Below the pieces are notes generated by a model. It did no database searches and was not told the origin of the DNA. It saw nothing but the letters and a program-made list of their open reading frames with translations. Of a stretch of 64,000 nucleotides of DNA, positions 51,110 to 63,315 are shown piece after piece. The DNA comes from Mobula hypostoma (taxonomy: Eukaryota). Each line of letters begins with the position of its first letter. Position 1 is the stretch's first letter. A program made the position numbers and the translations under genes. Location of the stretch: assembly GCF_963921235.1 (NCBI RefSeq), contig NC_086118.1:27716001-27780000 (forward strand), written 5' to 3'.

Positions 51110-51344
51110 AAGCAACATACATCAAAGTTGCTGGTGAACGCAGCAGGCCAAGCAGCATCTATAGGAAGAGGCGCAGTCGACGTTTCAGGCCGAGACCCTT
51201 CGTCAGGACAGTCCTGACGAAGGGTCTCGGCCTGAAACGTCGACTGCGCCTCTTCCTATAGATGCTGCTTGGCCTGCTGCGTTCACCAGCAACTTTGATG
51301 TATGTTGCTTGAATTTCCAGCATCTGCAGAATTCCTGTTGTTTA
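51110..51344. mobile_element. Palindromic mini-Penelope insertion: two opposed hammerhead-containing pLTR ends plus tail
   Basis: 51110-51209 is the exact reverse complement of 51211-51310, with a 1-nt spacer (A51210). 34-nt tail at 51311-51344. 14-bp TSD CCTTCAAGAACTTG at 51096-51109 and 51345-51358. Confidence 0.95.
51209..51246 (+). ncRNA. Minimal hammerhead ribozyme motif; a mirror copy lies on the minus strand at ~51174-51211
   Basis: Stem I CAGTC/GACTG, core CTGACGA at 51214-51220, stem II AGG/CCT, GAAA at 51234-51237, then GTC with predicted cleavage after C51241. Confidence 0.85.
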
Positions 51345-54300
51345 CCTTCAAGAACTTGGTCATTTTTAACAGCGCAAACATTGAAAATTGAAAAAAATAT
51401 GAATTACGGCAAAACGTCTGGTGAAATTACATTCTATGTGCATAATTTACAGACTTAATAACTGTTTCACAGTTATTATTTCATAACAGGATTCTGTGCT
51501 CCAGAGTATTTACAAAAGCACTTGCAAACATGTGAACCAGCACAGAGAGCTGCAAATGCACCAATGAATATTTGGCATATCATTCCAATGATTTTCTTTA
51601 AATCTTGAGTTGATGAGTTCTTGTTCTGAATAATAAATACTTAATTATATTGAGGATTTGGAAGCTTTTGCTTATTTTTTGGTAATTGGATATGCTGTAA
51701 TATATATATAAATAGTACTAAATATGCTACATTACAGGACCACAGGATTGTATTCCTAAATTGTGGAGCCAGTGTACAATATACTTATGGTATTACTCAG
51801 TGTACTGAGATGAATCCGCTAAGGATAAATTTCTATGCATAAACTGAATGTCAGGGATAGTTGGTTTGTATCTTATAAACTAAGGTGGGATTAATTCAAT
51901 TTTCTAATTGGTCATAAGACTTCGGAAAACTATGTAATAGATACAGTATATTTAAATATGTGATCATTTCAAGTCCCAATATGACAACGCACCCTTGATG
52001 CTCTTCTTTAACAAGATATCGATATTGGTTCACTGCTCCATTGGGTCATAGTTCTCACAGCTTCAACTCAATGTGAAACAATTAAGATGCATCATTTTAG
52101 TTGCTTTGTGGCAGCAGTACTGCGCATTATATAAAAAAGTGCTATAAGTTACAAGAAGAAATATTTAAAAAAGTGCTAAAAGACAGCAAAATAGTTTGGT
52201 AATGTTTCAAGGTCCTAGATTGACATGGTTCTGGTATAAATAGAGAAAGATGTAGGAAAGCAATAGTTGTCATTACAGTTAAAAGAGCAATGTTGAATAG
52301 AAGTAACTGACAGATAAAAATGCATACAGTGACGTTTCTCAATAAAGTTCAGAAACATTACTGCAACTGTGGCATCAAACCCTTTACTTTATTCCTAATT
52401 GCATAGAACTCGGAAGTACAGAGTTCTGAAATATGTCCAATATCAAAAACGTGGTGGTGGGTTAGTATTGCTTACAGTTAAATATTTCATAATAAGTGCA
52501 CTTATTAATCAAAACATCCAATTATAATAAACCCCTAGAGGGTTCACTTGAGGTGTTACTTAAATATTATGACACCAACTCAGTTAATTGGTGTTTATGC
52601 CCATGTATTTTAATTACATAGTATATCAAAAGAGGATGAGATAAAAAAATGACTTTAATATTCATGGAGAAGCATTAACGATTTAGGTTTTTGGCATCAA
52701 ACCTCAAATTTTATAGTTTGCAGACTAGTTTAAAATTAACCAATGAAATCTAACAAATTATTTTCTTACTGTCAACTAACAGTTCAGAATATCGCCGAAG
52801 CAGAGGAATCTGGCTTGCTGTCACTTCGTTCTTTGAAAAATTCACTGCTTCGTTCTGAGTTTTGTCAAACAAAAAAAATGCAAATTGCAAGCTGACATTT
52901 TGAAAGATGAGGTTTGAGGGCAAATCTGGCAGCCACTTGGGCCTCAGAACCTCTTATGTGTGTGGACTGTCAAGCTAAAGAAGCAAATTTTGAAAAGTGT
53001 GAGCAAAATTGATATGAAGACTGTCAATCCAACTAAGACAAAGGGATTTGTGTTAGTCAAGTGAGCAAGTTAATGCAGTAGGATGGTGTGAATCACCAAG
53101 ATAGCTATTGCAAGTATTAACAATAACTGTATCCCACCACACACAACAGGGTAGCACAAGTTTATATTTAAATCCATATGAGGGTGTTCGAATAATAACA
53201 TAAAATTGTATCTCAGATGATTTCTTTGAAACCTCAATCATTATACATTTCAGAACAAATGAAACTCAACAAAATTGCTGTTACAGAAGATCTGAAATAA
53301 GGTCATCATCACTGCCTGAACGACATTCACAGCTTTTGCATGCCCTCTTATTTGTTTTCTCTGTCTCCAACAGCCTTTATTATTCTGCTAATGAGACAAG
53401 TTCTTCAACAGTTCGTTCTTACAGCAACCTTGGTCAGAGGTATTCACTTTATCTTACCATCCCTCCCTGCCAACTCTGCAACTGGAATTTAATTTGTTTA
53501 GTTTCTTAACATGTTCTGACAGAGGGCCTTTGACCTGATACATTAATTTTGTTTCACTTTCCAAATCTGCCTGACCTATTGAGGGAGCCCAGCATTTTCT
53601 GTTTATATTTTATATATTTTCTATTCAGAATTTCGTCTTTTTGTTTCATTGAAAAATAATACAATTTGACAAGTTATAGAATAACATCTCCAGACCTTTA
53701 ATCCTCGATTTGTGCAAACATTTGTAATCTCTATCCCTTTATATTCTAACCTCTTAATTGTCTCTTTCTTCAGTCTCACATCAGTTGTTCCAGATCCACA
53801 TCTGTACGTTACTCTAAAGCAAAATCCCATCCCCACTCTTCCAGCTGGTTTCCTTACTTTCCACAACCTTCCGAACTTCTATCTTTGGAGTTGGCCTACA
53901 AAATCTCTGAGTTTTGAGTTTACCTACAAAGAGTAGAGGATATCGCCCCGTCTATCACAGGCAAAGTCCTCCCTACAAGGAGCATTGCCACAAGAAAGGA
54001 ATATCCATCATCAAAGACTTCCACCATCCAGACCATACTCTCTTCTTGATGCTGCTACAATTCTGAAGCTTATATTTGAAACAAAACATGGCTAATGACT
54101 GAATCTTAAACATCATAGAAGTTCCATAAGATGCCATATGTAAGAAATGTAATTCGGGGCAGTTAGGTCCAGGCTAATGAGACAAGTTCTTCAGCAGTTC
54201 ATTCTTACAGCAACCAAGTGAAAGAAAATAGCGAAGCTGTATATGTGTTTTGTAAAATCAGACTCTCCAGACAGTTAGACTTGTCTAGAGTAAGTCAGAC

Positions 54301-54594
54301 AGCTCTTTTCAAAAGACGAAAATATATTTTAAAAAACTGCACATGCTAAACCTCTGAAATAAAAACAGAAAATCATGAAAACCCTCAGAAGGTCAGATAG
54401 CATCTGTGGAAAGAAAAATGGAGCTAATATTTCAGGTTGAATATTTTTTGTCCAAACTAAGAAATAATAAATTAATTAATTTTAAGTTGCAGAGAGGGTG
54501 AGGCAGGGATGGCTAAGGGATATCTTGCTAGGGATATATCTTTATTAAGCATTGCTGTTAATAAAGCTATTTGGTTGATTTTAATATTACAATT

Positions 54595-55045
54595 GAGAGA
54601 TTGAGTCGCCTGGGACTATACTCTCTGGAATTCAGAAGAATGAGAGGGGATCTTATAGAAGCATACAAAATTTTGAAAGGGATAGGTAAGATAGAAGTAG
54701 GAAAGTTGTTTCCATTGGTAGGTGAGACTAGAACTAAGGGACATTGCCTCACGATTCAGGGGAGAAAATTCAGGATGGAGATGAGGAGAAACTGTTTTAC
54801 CCAGAGAGTGGTGAATCTGTGGAATTCTCTGCCAAGGGAAGCAGTTGAGGCTTCTTCACTAAATGTATTTAAGATACAGTTAGATAGATTTTTACATAGT
54901 AGGGGAATTAAGGGTTATGGGGAAAAGGCAGGTAGATGGAGCTGAGTTTACGGACAGATCAGCCATGATCTTATGGAATGGTGGGGCAGGCTCAATGGGC
55001 CAGATGGCCTGCTCCTGCTCCTATTTCTTATGTTTTTATGTTCTT
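54595..55045 (+). mobile_element. CR1 3' fragment
   Basis: ERLSRLGLYSLEFRRMRGDLIEAYKILKG...FTQRVVNLWNSLP, followed by a (TTCTTATG)n tail. Confidence 0.93.
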
Positions 55046-56141
55046 AATGGTTAACCTGAAACAGAGCTGGCCAGATTTGATTGAGTTTTGACTTTATTGA
55101 AGACAAGAAGGAAAACAGAAGGAGCTGATGATGAACGAGGTAAAAAATACAGGAAGAGAGAGGAGCAGGACTTTAAATTTGGGCTTTCAAGGAAGAGATG
55201 ACTTGGCACAAACATGATAAGCTGACTAGTCCACTTGAGTACTATAAGGTTTTTGATTAAATGGTAATGTTCTAGTATACTCCCTTCCTAGCTTAACTCC
55301 ACTTTCCATTTTGGGGTTCCCAGTACCACACAGAATAACCTGCATTTGGCCAAGGAACTACTTTCTAGGAACAGACATTTTGTTGACTACTTTAAATCCA
55401 TAATGGCCATTCATATAAAACACAAATTCCTCATTACTGTTTTCAAATGGACATCATCAATATGCACTTCAAACTTGAAATCTGCATTCTTTTTCAATAT
55501 TTACTATGATTCTTCAAATTCATAAGAGGAACTTTCTCAGAATCATTTTAAATTGGGCTTTATTAAAACTACATTTATTGACATGAAAAGGAGGACATTC
55601 TTAAGATGGAGGGTGTGCAGCCAGAGGCCGTGATCCAGGTTTGTATCAATGAAATGGATAGGAACGGTGACGAGGTCCTGCAAAGTGAGTTCAAGGATCA
55701 AGGCGCTAAGTAAAAGAACAGGACCTCCAGGTTTGTGCTATCAGGATTGCTACCCATGTGCTAGTGAGGTCAGAAATGGTATGATCATACAGTTTAACAC
55801 ATGGCTGAGTAGATGGTGGAGGAGGAAGAGCTTCTAATTTTTGGATCATTGGATTCTCTTCCCAGGTAGGTGGGATTTGTACAGTAGGGAAGGTTTCCAT
55901 CTGAACTGGAGGGGGACTAATATCCTTGGGGGAAAATTTGTTGGGGGGGGGGTAAACTAGAGTTGCAAAGGGATGGGAGTCAGACCAAATATTGAAGTGG
56001 TTGTGGGGAAAGTTGTTCTTAAGCCTACATACAAGGTCAGAAATAGAACGGTTGAGCATGATAGGACTAATGTACTAAGTTATGTATATTTCAACGCAAG
56101 GGGTACCATAGGAAAGGAAATTGAGCTTAGGGCATGGATCA

Positions 56142-56981
56142 AAGTTCAAAGAAAATTTATTATCAAAATACACACGTCACCATATACGACCCAGAGACTC
56201 ATTTTCCTCCGGGCATACTCAATAAATCCATACTAGAATAATAACCATAATAGAATCAATGAAAGACTGCACTAATTTTGGAGTTCAGCCAGTATGCAAA
56301 AGACAACTAACTATGGAAATAAAAAAAGAAATCAATAATAATAATAAATAAATAAACAATAAATATCGAGAGTATGAGAAGAAGAGTCCTTGAAAGTGAG
56401 TCCTTAGGTTGTGGAAACATTTCAATAATGGGGCAAATGAAGTAGAGTGAAGTTATCCCCTCTGGTTCAGGAACCTAACTGTTCCTGAACCTGTTGGTGA
56501 GAGTTTTAAGGCTCCTGTACTTTCTTCCTGGGTGGTGGAGGTCCCTGATGATGGATGCTGCTTTCCTGTGACAATGTTTTGTTTAAATGGGCTTAATGGT
56601 GGGGAGGGCTTTACCCATGATGGATTGGGCCATATCCATTATTCTTTGTAGGATTTTATATTCAAAGGCATTGGTGTTTCTATACCAGGCTATGATGCAG
56701 CCAGTCTAAATACTCTCCACTGCACATTGAAGAAGTTTGTCAAAGTTTTAGATAGCATACCAAATCTTTGCAAACTCCTGAGGAAGTAGAGGGGCTGCCA
56801 TGCTTTCTTCATAATTGCACAGACGTGTTAGGCCCAGGACAAGTCATCGGAACCTCTCTGCTTTTGATCCTCAGATGAGGACTGGCCCATGGACCTCTGG
56901 TTTCCTCCTCCTGAAGTCAATGATCAGCTTCCTCGGTCTTGGTGACACTGAGGTTGTTGTTATGGCAACACTCAACATTCC
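56142..56981 (-). mobile_element. Rex1-like 3' fragment inserted in the CR1 EN region
   Basis: SVSPRPRKLIIDFRRRKPEVHGPVLI. ATCA is repeated at 56138-56141 and 56982-56985, where the CR1 rejoins. Confidence 0.78.
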
Positions 56982-58494
56982 ATCAGCATGTGGAATTGTG
57001 AGATTGTAGCCATTAGTGAGACTTTGTTGCAGGAGGGGCAGGACTGGCAGCTCTAAGTTCTGGGGTTCTGTCATTTTAGATAAGATAGAGTTCGAGGGAT
57101 GGCATTACTAATCAGAGAAAATATCACAGTAGTGCTCAGACAGGACACACTGGAGAGCTTGTTTACTGCAGCTTTATTAGTAGAATTGAGGATTAAGAAA
57201 GGACGACTATGTTAATGGGATTATATTATAGAACACCCAATATTCAGCAAGATTTAGAGGAGCACATTTGTAGAGAGATCACATTCTGTTGCAAGAAACA
57301 TAAGGTTGTGATAGTAGTTGATTTAAACTTTCCACATATTGTCTGGGACTCCCATACCGTAAAAGGGCTGGATGGGAAAGTTTGCCAAATGTGTTCAGGA
57401 ATGTTTCCTTAATCAGTACAGGATATAGAAATCTCTACTACACAGCGTGATACTAGATATCCTGTTAGGAAATGGGACGTGGCAGGTTACAGAAGTTTGT
57501 GTAAGGGAAAATTGTGTCTCATGATCACACTGCCAGTCGTTTCAAGATAATTATGGGGAAGATTATATCTGGCCCATGGGTTGAGATTCTAAATTGGAGA
57601 AAGGCCAATTTTGATGTTATCAGAAAGGAACCTGGCAAGTGGGGACAAGTTGTTTTCTAGCAAAATTTGTTAAATTCTGAGAGTTAAATATTGAGAGTGC
57701 AGAACTTGTATGTTCTATCAGAATAAAAAGGCAAGGATAACAGGTCTGGGAAACCTTGGTTTTCGAGAAATACCGTGGATTTCATTTAACTGGGCCATTG
57801 GTTAATTAGGACAGCTGCTTATTTGGGACATCGTAAACAAATCAAGAAAATAGCTCGGATACCCTTCATAAATTTGGAACACTATGCAGCAGGTGGTCAG
57901 TCATGTGCACTTGTATGGCCGTTAGAGATTACACCATGCTTACAGCGAACCACTGGGTCAGTTGCATGTGCTTATGTTGCTATCCATTTGGGCCAATGGA
58001 TGCTGATTCAAAAATCAATGATTTTGATATATTTTTATTTTGACTTTAAAAGTAATTTTGAGACCCTTGCCAAGATGCCACAAAAAGATTTGATGCCTGC
58101 CAAAAGAGTGACGTGACTAGACCAAATTAAAAGCCATCTGCCTAAAACTACTCCTCGTCGGCTGGCAGAGATAACGGGAGTGCCTAAGTTTACAGCTGCA
58201 TTCTTGATACATCAGCAAGATAATCTGTGGGAAGAATGGGTATTACACGAAGAACGAGAAAAAAAATTCCAAAAACCAAAACAGGAAGGTAGGGATCCAA
58301 TTGTCAAAGTGGCCTTTAATCAATGATATCCATTGTAAATTGGATGGTCAGTGGACCGATGTTAAAAAAAATAAGTCAGAGGAACTAGATAAAAAGCTGG
58401 GTCATGAGATTTGAAAGCAACGGATGGTTTGTCTCTCGATGGAAATTTAGACATTACAGGTTCAGAGAAAGCCGTGGATTACATAGCAGTTAAC

Positions 58495-58565
58495 GCACAC
58501 AAAATGCTGGAGGAACACAGCAGGCCAGGCAGCAACTACGGAAATTTCGGGCCGAGACCCTTCAA
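58495..58565 (-). mobile_element. Tiny Penelope pLTR fragment inside the Tigger
   Basis: GCACACAAAATGCTGGAGGAACACAGCAGGCCAGGCAGC...TTTCGGGCCGAGACCCTTCA matches the other pLTR ends. Confidence 0.75.
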
Positions 58566-59666
58566 CATGACAGTGTTGTGTGTTCAGCAGGTATGTCAGG
58601 AACTAATAAAAATGAATTGGTTATTGGGAAAAGCAGTAAACCTCAATGCTTTAACTAACTATAAGTGGATAGTTTACTAGTTGTGCACAATGCCAGTAGG
58701 AATACATGGATGACTTCTGAAATTTTCATAAATGGCCGATAAATTGGGATTTGGAGCTACAGTAGAAATCAACAAAATTCTTCTGCTTGTTGACAATTGT
58801 GCAGCACACCCTAATGTAGAATGTCTAGAAACATAGTTGGCGCGGCCAATGGATATGAGAATCATAAAAAATTCATCTATAGGTGTTGTGTCATGGAAAG
58901 TTAATGAACCACATTCTCGAAGGATTTGAGGAAAATTGACCAATAGCTTCTTCAACAACCAAGGAAGTGAATGCGAGAGTTAACCTTTTACAGACAGGAG
59001 AGTTTTTCGCTGATAGTTGGTGAGAAATAAGCAGTAGGACAGTTGAAAACTGCTTTGCTCACTGCAGTTTCAAGAATTCAGGCCCAGAATTACTGGAAAT
59101 GGATAGGAATGAAAATGAAACAATTTCACCACTTCAGCAAGTTAGGAACTATACAGAATGAAGGTATTGGCAATCATCTTGACTGTTACAATGCAAATGA
59201 AGATTTGGGGAATGCAATTATTGAAGGCATTGTATCAAAACAGTAAGGCAGGGAATATGAAGACGAGGAAAGTGATGAGGAAGACCCAACTGAACCGGAG
59301 CTCCTGACCATACAGGATGTCAAGAACTTTATTGTTGGATTACGGTAATGCTTCATGTAGGAAGGCAATGAAAATACTCCATAATTTTGTATTAGGAGTC
59401 TGTGCTAATTTTGTTCATTTAGAATCAATCAAAAGAACATGCCAGTGTACAATTGACAAATTTCTCCATAGGTAACTACTATGAACTAATACACAGTTTT
59501 ATTGTACAAACGTACTTAGTAATAGTGGTAGTCTTCTAATTTTATCTATATTTCATTTAAATACATAATTTTTTACTCAGTTCAATGGTACTTTTATACC
59601 TTTTTAACTATTTCCATGAACCTTTGGGTAATTCAGGCAGCTGTTTAATCGGGCCAATTACACACA

Positions 59667-60361
59667 GGGAGGAGAAGATGGTGACGTGATGGCAGCGCGC
59701 GTGACCTCTCCAGTGAATGATATCTGTAATCTGACAAGTAGGGGACCGTGCACAATCCTGATTTGATGGAGACGGATGTGAGAGTACGGAGGAACATCTG
59801 GAAAACCTCTGAAATGCCCGCTTCACTGCCGCTGCTACTGTGTGATAACCAGAATCTCCGGAGCAGAAGGCCCCGAATCCTCGGCTTTGCTTGTTTCAGT
59901 GGCCGGGGCTAGGTCGAAGGTGCTCGGCAGAGGTTGGCACTCGGGAGGCTGTATCAGAGGGGCTGGTCGGAGGCTCGAAGTTTTCGGATGGACGGACTCA
60001 GTGTCAGCTGTGGTCGGCTGCTTCCAAGGCATCGGCAAGTTGACAGTGCCTGGAGGTTTATGGCAGGGAGTTTCTCCCTTTTGCCGCCTGCTGTCGGGGA
60101 CTCAGGAGTCGATCGACTCGGGGACTTTGAGACTTTTTTTACCATGCCCATGGTTTGTTCTTCATCAAATTATGGTATTGTTTTGCACTGCTGTAACTAT
60201 ATGTTATAATTATGATTACATGGTTCTGTCAGTGCTAGTCTTTGGTTTGTCCTGTTTTCTGTGATATCACTCTGGAGAAACATTGTATCATTTCTTAATG
60301 CATGTATGCATTTCTAAATGACAATAAAAGAGGACTGAGTGTTCTTATAATCTAAAAAAAA
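59667..60361 (+). mobile_element. Non-coding ~700-bp retroposon inside the Tigger subterminal region
   Basis: CpG-rich island starting GGAGGAGAAGATGGTGACG and ending AATAAAAGAGGACTGAGTGTTCTTATAATCT followed by an A run. It separates the Tigger subterminal repeat from its TIR. Confidence 0.65.
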
Positions 60362-61049
60362 CATGTGGTCCAAATAACTAGAATCCACTCTATTGAGGCC
60401 CTGATTAAGAAGAGGGAGTTGCATAACAGGTGTAGGCAGAAAGGAGCAAATGAGGTCCTTGCGGAGTATGCGAAATGCAAGAGAACACTTAAGAAGGAAA
60501 TCAGGAGGCTAAATGAAGGCATGAGGTTACTCTGGCAGACAAGTTGAAGGAGTATCCCAAGTGCTACTATAGATATATAAACATCAAAGGATAGCAAGGA
60601 ACAAAATTGTTCCTCTGGAAGATAAGAGTAGTCATCTATGCATGGAGCTGAAAGAGATAGGGAGATCTTAAACTAGAATTTTTGCATCTGTATTTACTTA
60701 GGAGATGGACACAGAGTCTATAGAAGTGAGGCAAAACGGCAGTGAGATCATAGACTGTATACTGATTACAGAGGAGGAGGTGTTTCCTGTCTTGAAGCAA
60801 ACTAGGGTGGATAAATCCCCAGGATTTCCCTTCAGACCCTGTGAAAGACTAGTGCAGAAATTGCAGGGGCCCTAGCAGAGACATTTAAAACATGTTTAGC
60901 GATGGGCGAGATTCCAAAGGATTGGATGATAGCTCATGTTGTTCTGTTGTTTAAGAAAGGCTCTAAAAATAAACCAGGAAATTATAGGCCAGTGATCCTG
61001 ACATCACAAGTAGATAAGGTATTGGAAAGTATTCTAAGGGACCGGATAT

Positions 61050-61666
61050 ACTTTATACTTTATCGTTGCCAAACAATTGACACTAGAGCGTACAATCATC
61101 ACAGCAATATTTGATTCTGCGCTTTGCGCTCCCTGGAGTACAAATCAATAGTAAATATACAAAATTTAAATTATAAATCATAAATTGAAAATAGAAAAGG
61201 GAAAGTAAGGTAGTGCAAAAAAACCGAGAGGCAAGTCCAGATATTTGGAGGGTACGGCCCAGATCCGGGTTAGGATCCGTTCAGCAGTCTTATCACAGTT
61301 GGAAAGAAGCTGTTCCCAAATCTGGCCATATGAGTCTTCAAGCTCCTGAGTCTTCTCCCAGAAGGAAGAGGGATGAAAAGTGTGTTGGCTGGGTGGGTCG
61401 TGTCCTTGATTATCCTGGCAGCACTGCTCCGACAGCGTGCGATGTAAAGTGAGTCCAAGGACGGAAGATTGGTTTGTGTGATGTGCTGGGCTGTGTTCAT
61501 GATCTTCTGCAGCTTCTTCCGGTCTTGGACAGGACAACTTCCTTACCAGGTTGTGATGCACCCTAGAAGAATGCTTTCTACGGTGTATCTATAAAAATTA
61601 GTGAAGGTTTTAGGGGACAGGCCAAATTTCTTTAGCTTTCTCAGGAAGTAAAGGTGCTGGTGGGCC
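61050..61666 (-). mobile_element. Young Rex1-like LINE 3' fragment
   Basis: TAQHITQTNLPSLDSLY...IIKDTTHPANTLFIPLPSGRRLRSLK...FGNSFFPTVIRLLN. Same 3' UTR as 15078-15357. Confidence 0.88.
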
Positions 61667-62362
61667 TATAAAATATAATTATTTTGATAAACAGGGACTG
61701 ATTAGATATAGCCCACATGACTTTGTGTGTGGTAGGGCTTATACAACCAATCTTATAGAGTTTTTCAAGGAAGTTACCATGAAAGTAGATGAAGGCAAGG
61801 CAGTAGATGTTGTCTACATGGACTCTAGCAAGGTATTTGACAAGGACCCCCATGGGAGGTTGGTCAAAAAACTGCTCAGCATTCAAGATGAGGTAATAAA
61901 TTGGATTAGACATTGGCTTTGTGGGAGCAGACAGAGAGTTGGAAGTAGTTGGTTGCCTCTCTGACTGGAGGTCTGTGGTTAGTCGAGTGCCACAAGGTTC
62001 AGTGCTGGGTCTATTGCTGTTTGTCATCAATAGTAATGATCTGGATGATAATGTGGTAAACTGAATAACAGTTTTATGCGTGGCACAATAATTCAGGGTG
62101 TTGTGGACAGCTTGGAAGACTATCAATACTTGCAGTGGAATCTGCAGCTGGAAAGATGGGCTGAAATATGGGACATGGAAGTTAATGCAGACAAGTGTGA
62201 AATTTTGCACCTTGGGTGGACAAACCAGGCTATGACTTATATAGTGAGTCGTAGGACACTGAAGAATGTGGAAGAATAGATGGATCTGTGAATACAGATT
62301 CGTAATTCATTAGAAAGTGGCATCACAGGTTGATTGGGTCATAAAGGGAGCTTTTTTGCACA

Positions 62363-62585
62363 CTTTTCTTCTTTTTAGGCCCTTAGCTTCCAGCGGAGCA
62401 TAGGCCATTGATAACCTCCCATCTCCATCGTTCAACGTTGATGGTATGGTTGAACTTCATCAACGTTTCTGTAATCCATTGTATCCACTGTACAGGGGAT
62501 TGGCCTATATAGTTTCACTAGAGCCCTGATGGCTAACCTGATCTGTTTCCACCTCTCACAATGGGGACAGGGATGTTGAGAGGTA
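62363..62585 (-). mobile_element. Short retroposon with an RTE-like 3' end
   Basis: 10-bp TSD TTTTTGCACA at 62353-62362 and 62586-62595. Minus-strand end GGCCTATGCTCCGCTGGAAGCTAAGGGCCTAAAAAGAAGAA. Confidence 0.7.
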
Positions 62586-62764
62586 TTTTTGCACATTAGC
62601 ATTCATAAATCAAGTTATTGAGTACAGGGTTTGGGATGCTATGTTGAAGTTGCACAAGACGTCAGTGAGGCTTGTTTTCAGTATTATGTGTGGTTCTACT
62701 CACCTATCTACAGGAAAGATGTCAATAAGATTAAAAGAGCACAGAGAAAATTTACAAGGATGTT

Positions 62765-63315
62765 CAAATAGCTCAAAATAGTTCAAGTTTAATTGTCATT
62801 TAACCAGACATAAATACCCATGAATGTAGCCAAACAAAACTGCTTTACTTCGAGGCCAAGGTGGAATACACGGTACCAGCAGTCACACACAGCACAGAGC
62901 AGATATAGCACAAATAAGATATCAGTAAAAGACAGTCACACAAGAACTTATAGCCCCAAACCCTGAGTCCGTGATGTTGCAGAAATATGCAGTCAAGTAC
63001 AACATGGCTTGTCTTCTGCCGAGCAAACACGAGGGGACAGCTTGGATGCTGCCTCTGGTGGTGCACACTGACTCTGACGCTCTTCTCCTGGGCAGCTGTA
63101 AACAGGTGACACCGCAGCTTGAAGCCTAGTCCTCGCTACGACCAAAGCTACGCAGTTCCCCCGCCATCCGCCAATAAGTCAGTGAATTGGACTTGCACAC
63201 TACCAATGTGCAATAGGGTCTTGCAAACATAAAAAACATGTTAAAAAAAGGACAATAACACCTTTGGTTGAACCCGTAGAAGCCACTGCGATCGAATGCA
63301 CTGCCACCTTACCGG
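62765..63315 (-). mobile_element. Non-autonomous retroposon of the same family as 9088-9692
   Basis: 9-bp TSD AAGGATGTT at 62756-62764 and 63316-63324. 5' end CCGGTAAGGTGGCAG and a TTGAAC-type 3' tail. Confidence 0.82.

Larger units (their letters stand above)
57773..60390 (+). mobile_element. pogo/Tigger-like DNA transposon, degenerate
   Basis: Imperfect TIRs CCGTGGATTTCATTTAACTGGGCC and GGTCCAAATAACTAGAATCCACTC. TA at 57771-57772 and 60391-60392; removing the element restores CR1 codons FSRNIEAL. Transposase remnants KATDG(W)LSRWK, KILLLVDNCAAHP and RPMDMRIIKN. Confidence 0.85.

Noticed and set aside
51013..51261. 82-aa ORF crossing the palindrome
   Set aside because: It is a by-product of the inverted pLTR sequence, with no recognisable domain.
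51110..51310. Palindrome read as a pre-miRNA, terminator or MITE
   Set aside because: The arms are Penelope pLTR sequence with a one-sided tail and a 14-bp TSD, which fits PLE retrotransposition and not a TIR transposon or miRNA gene.
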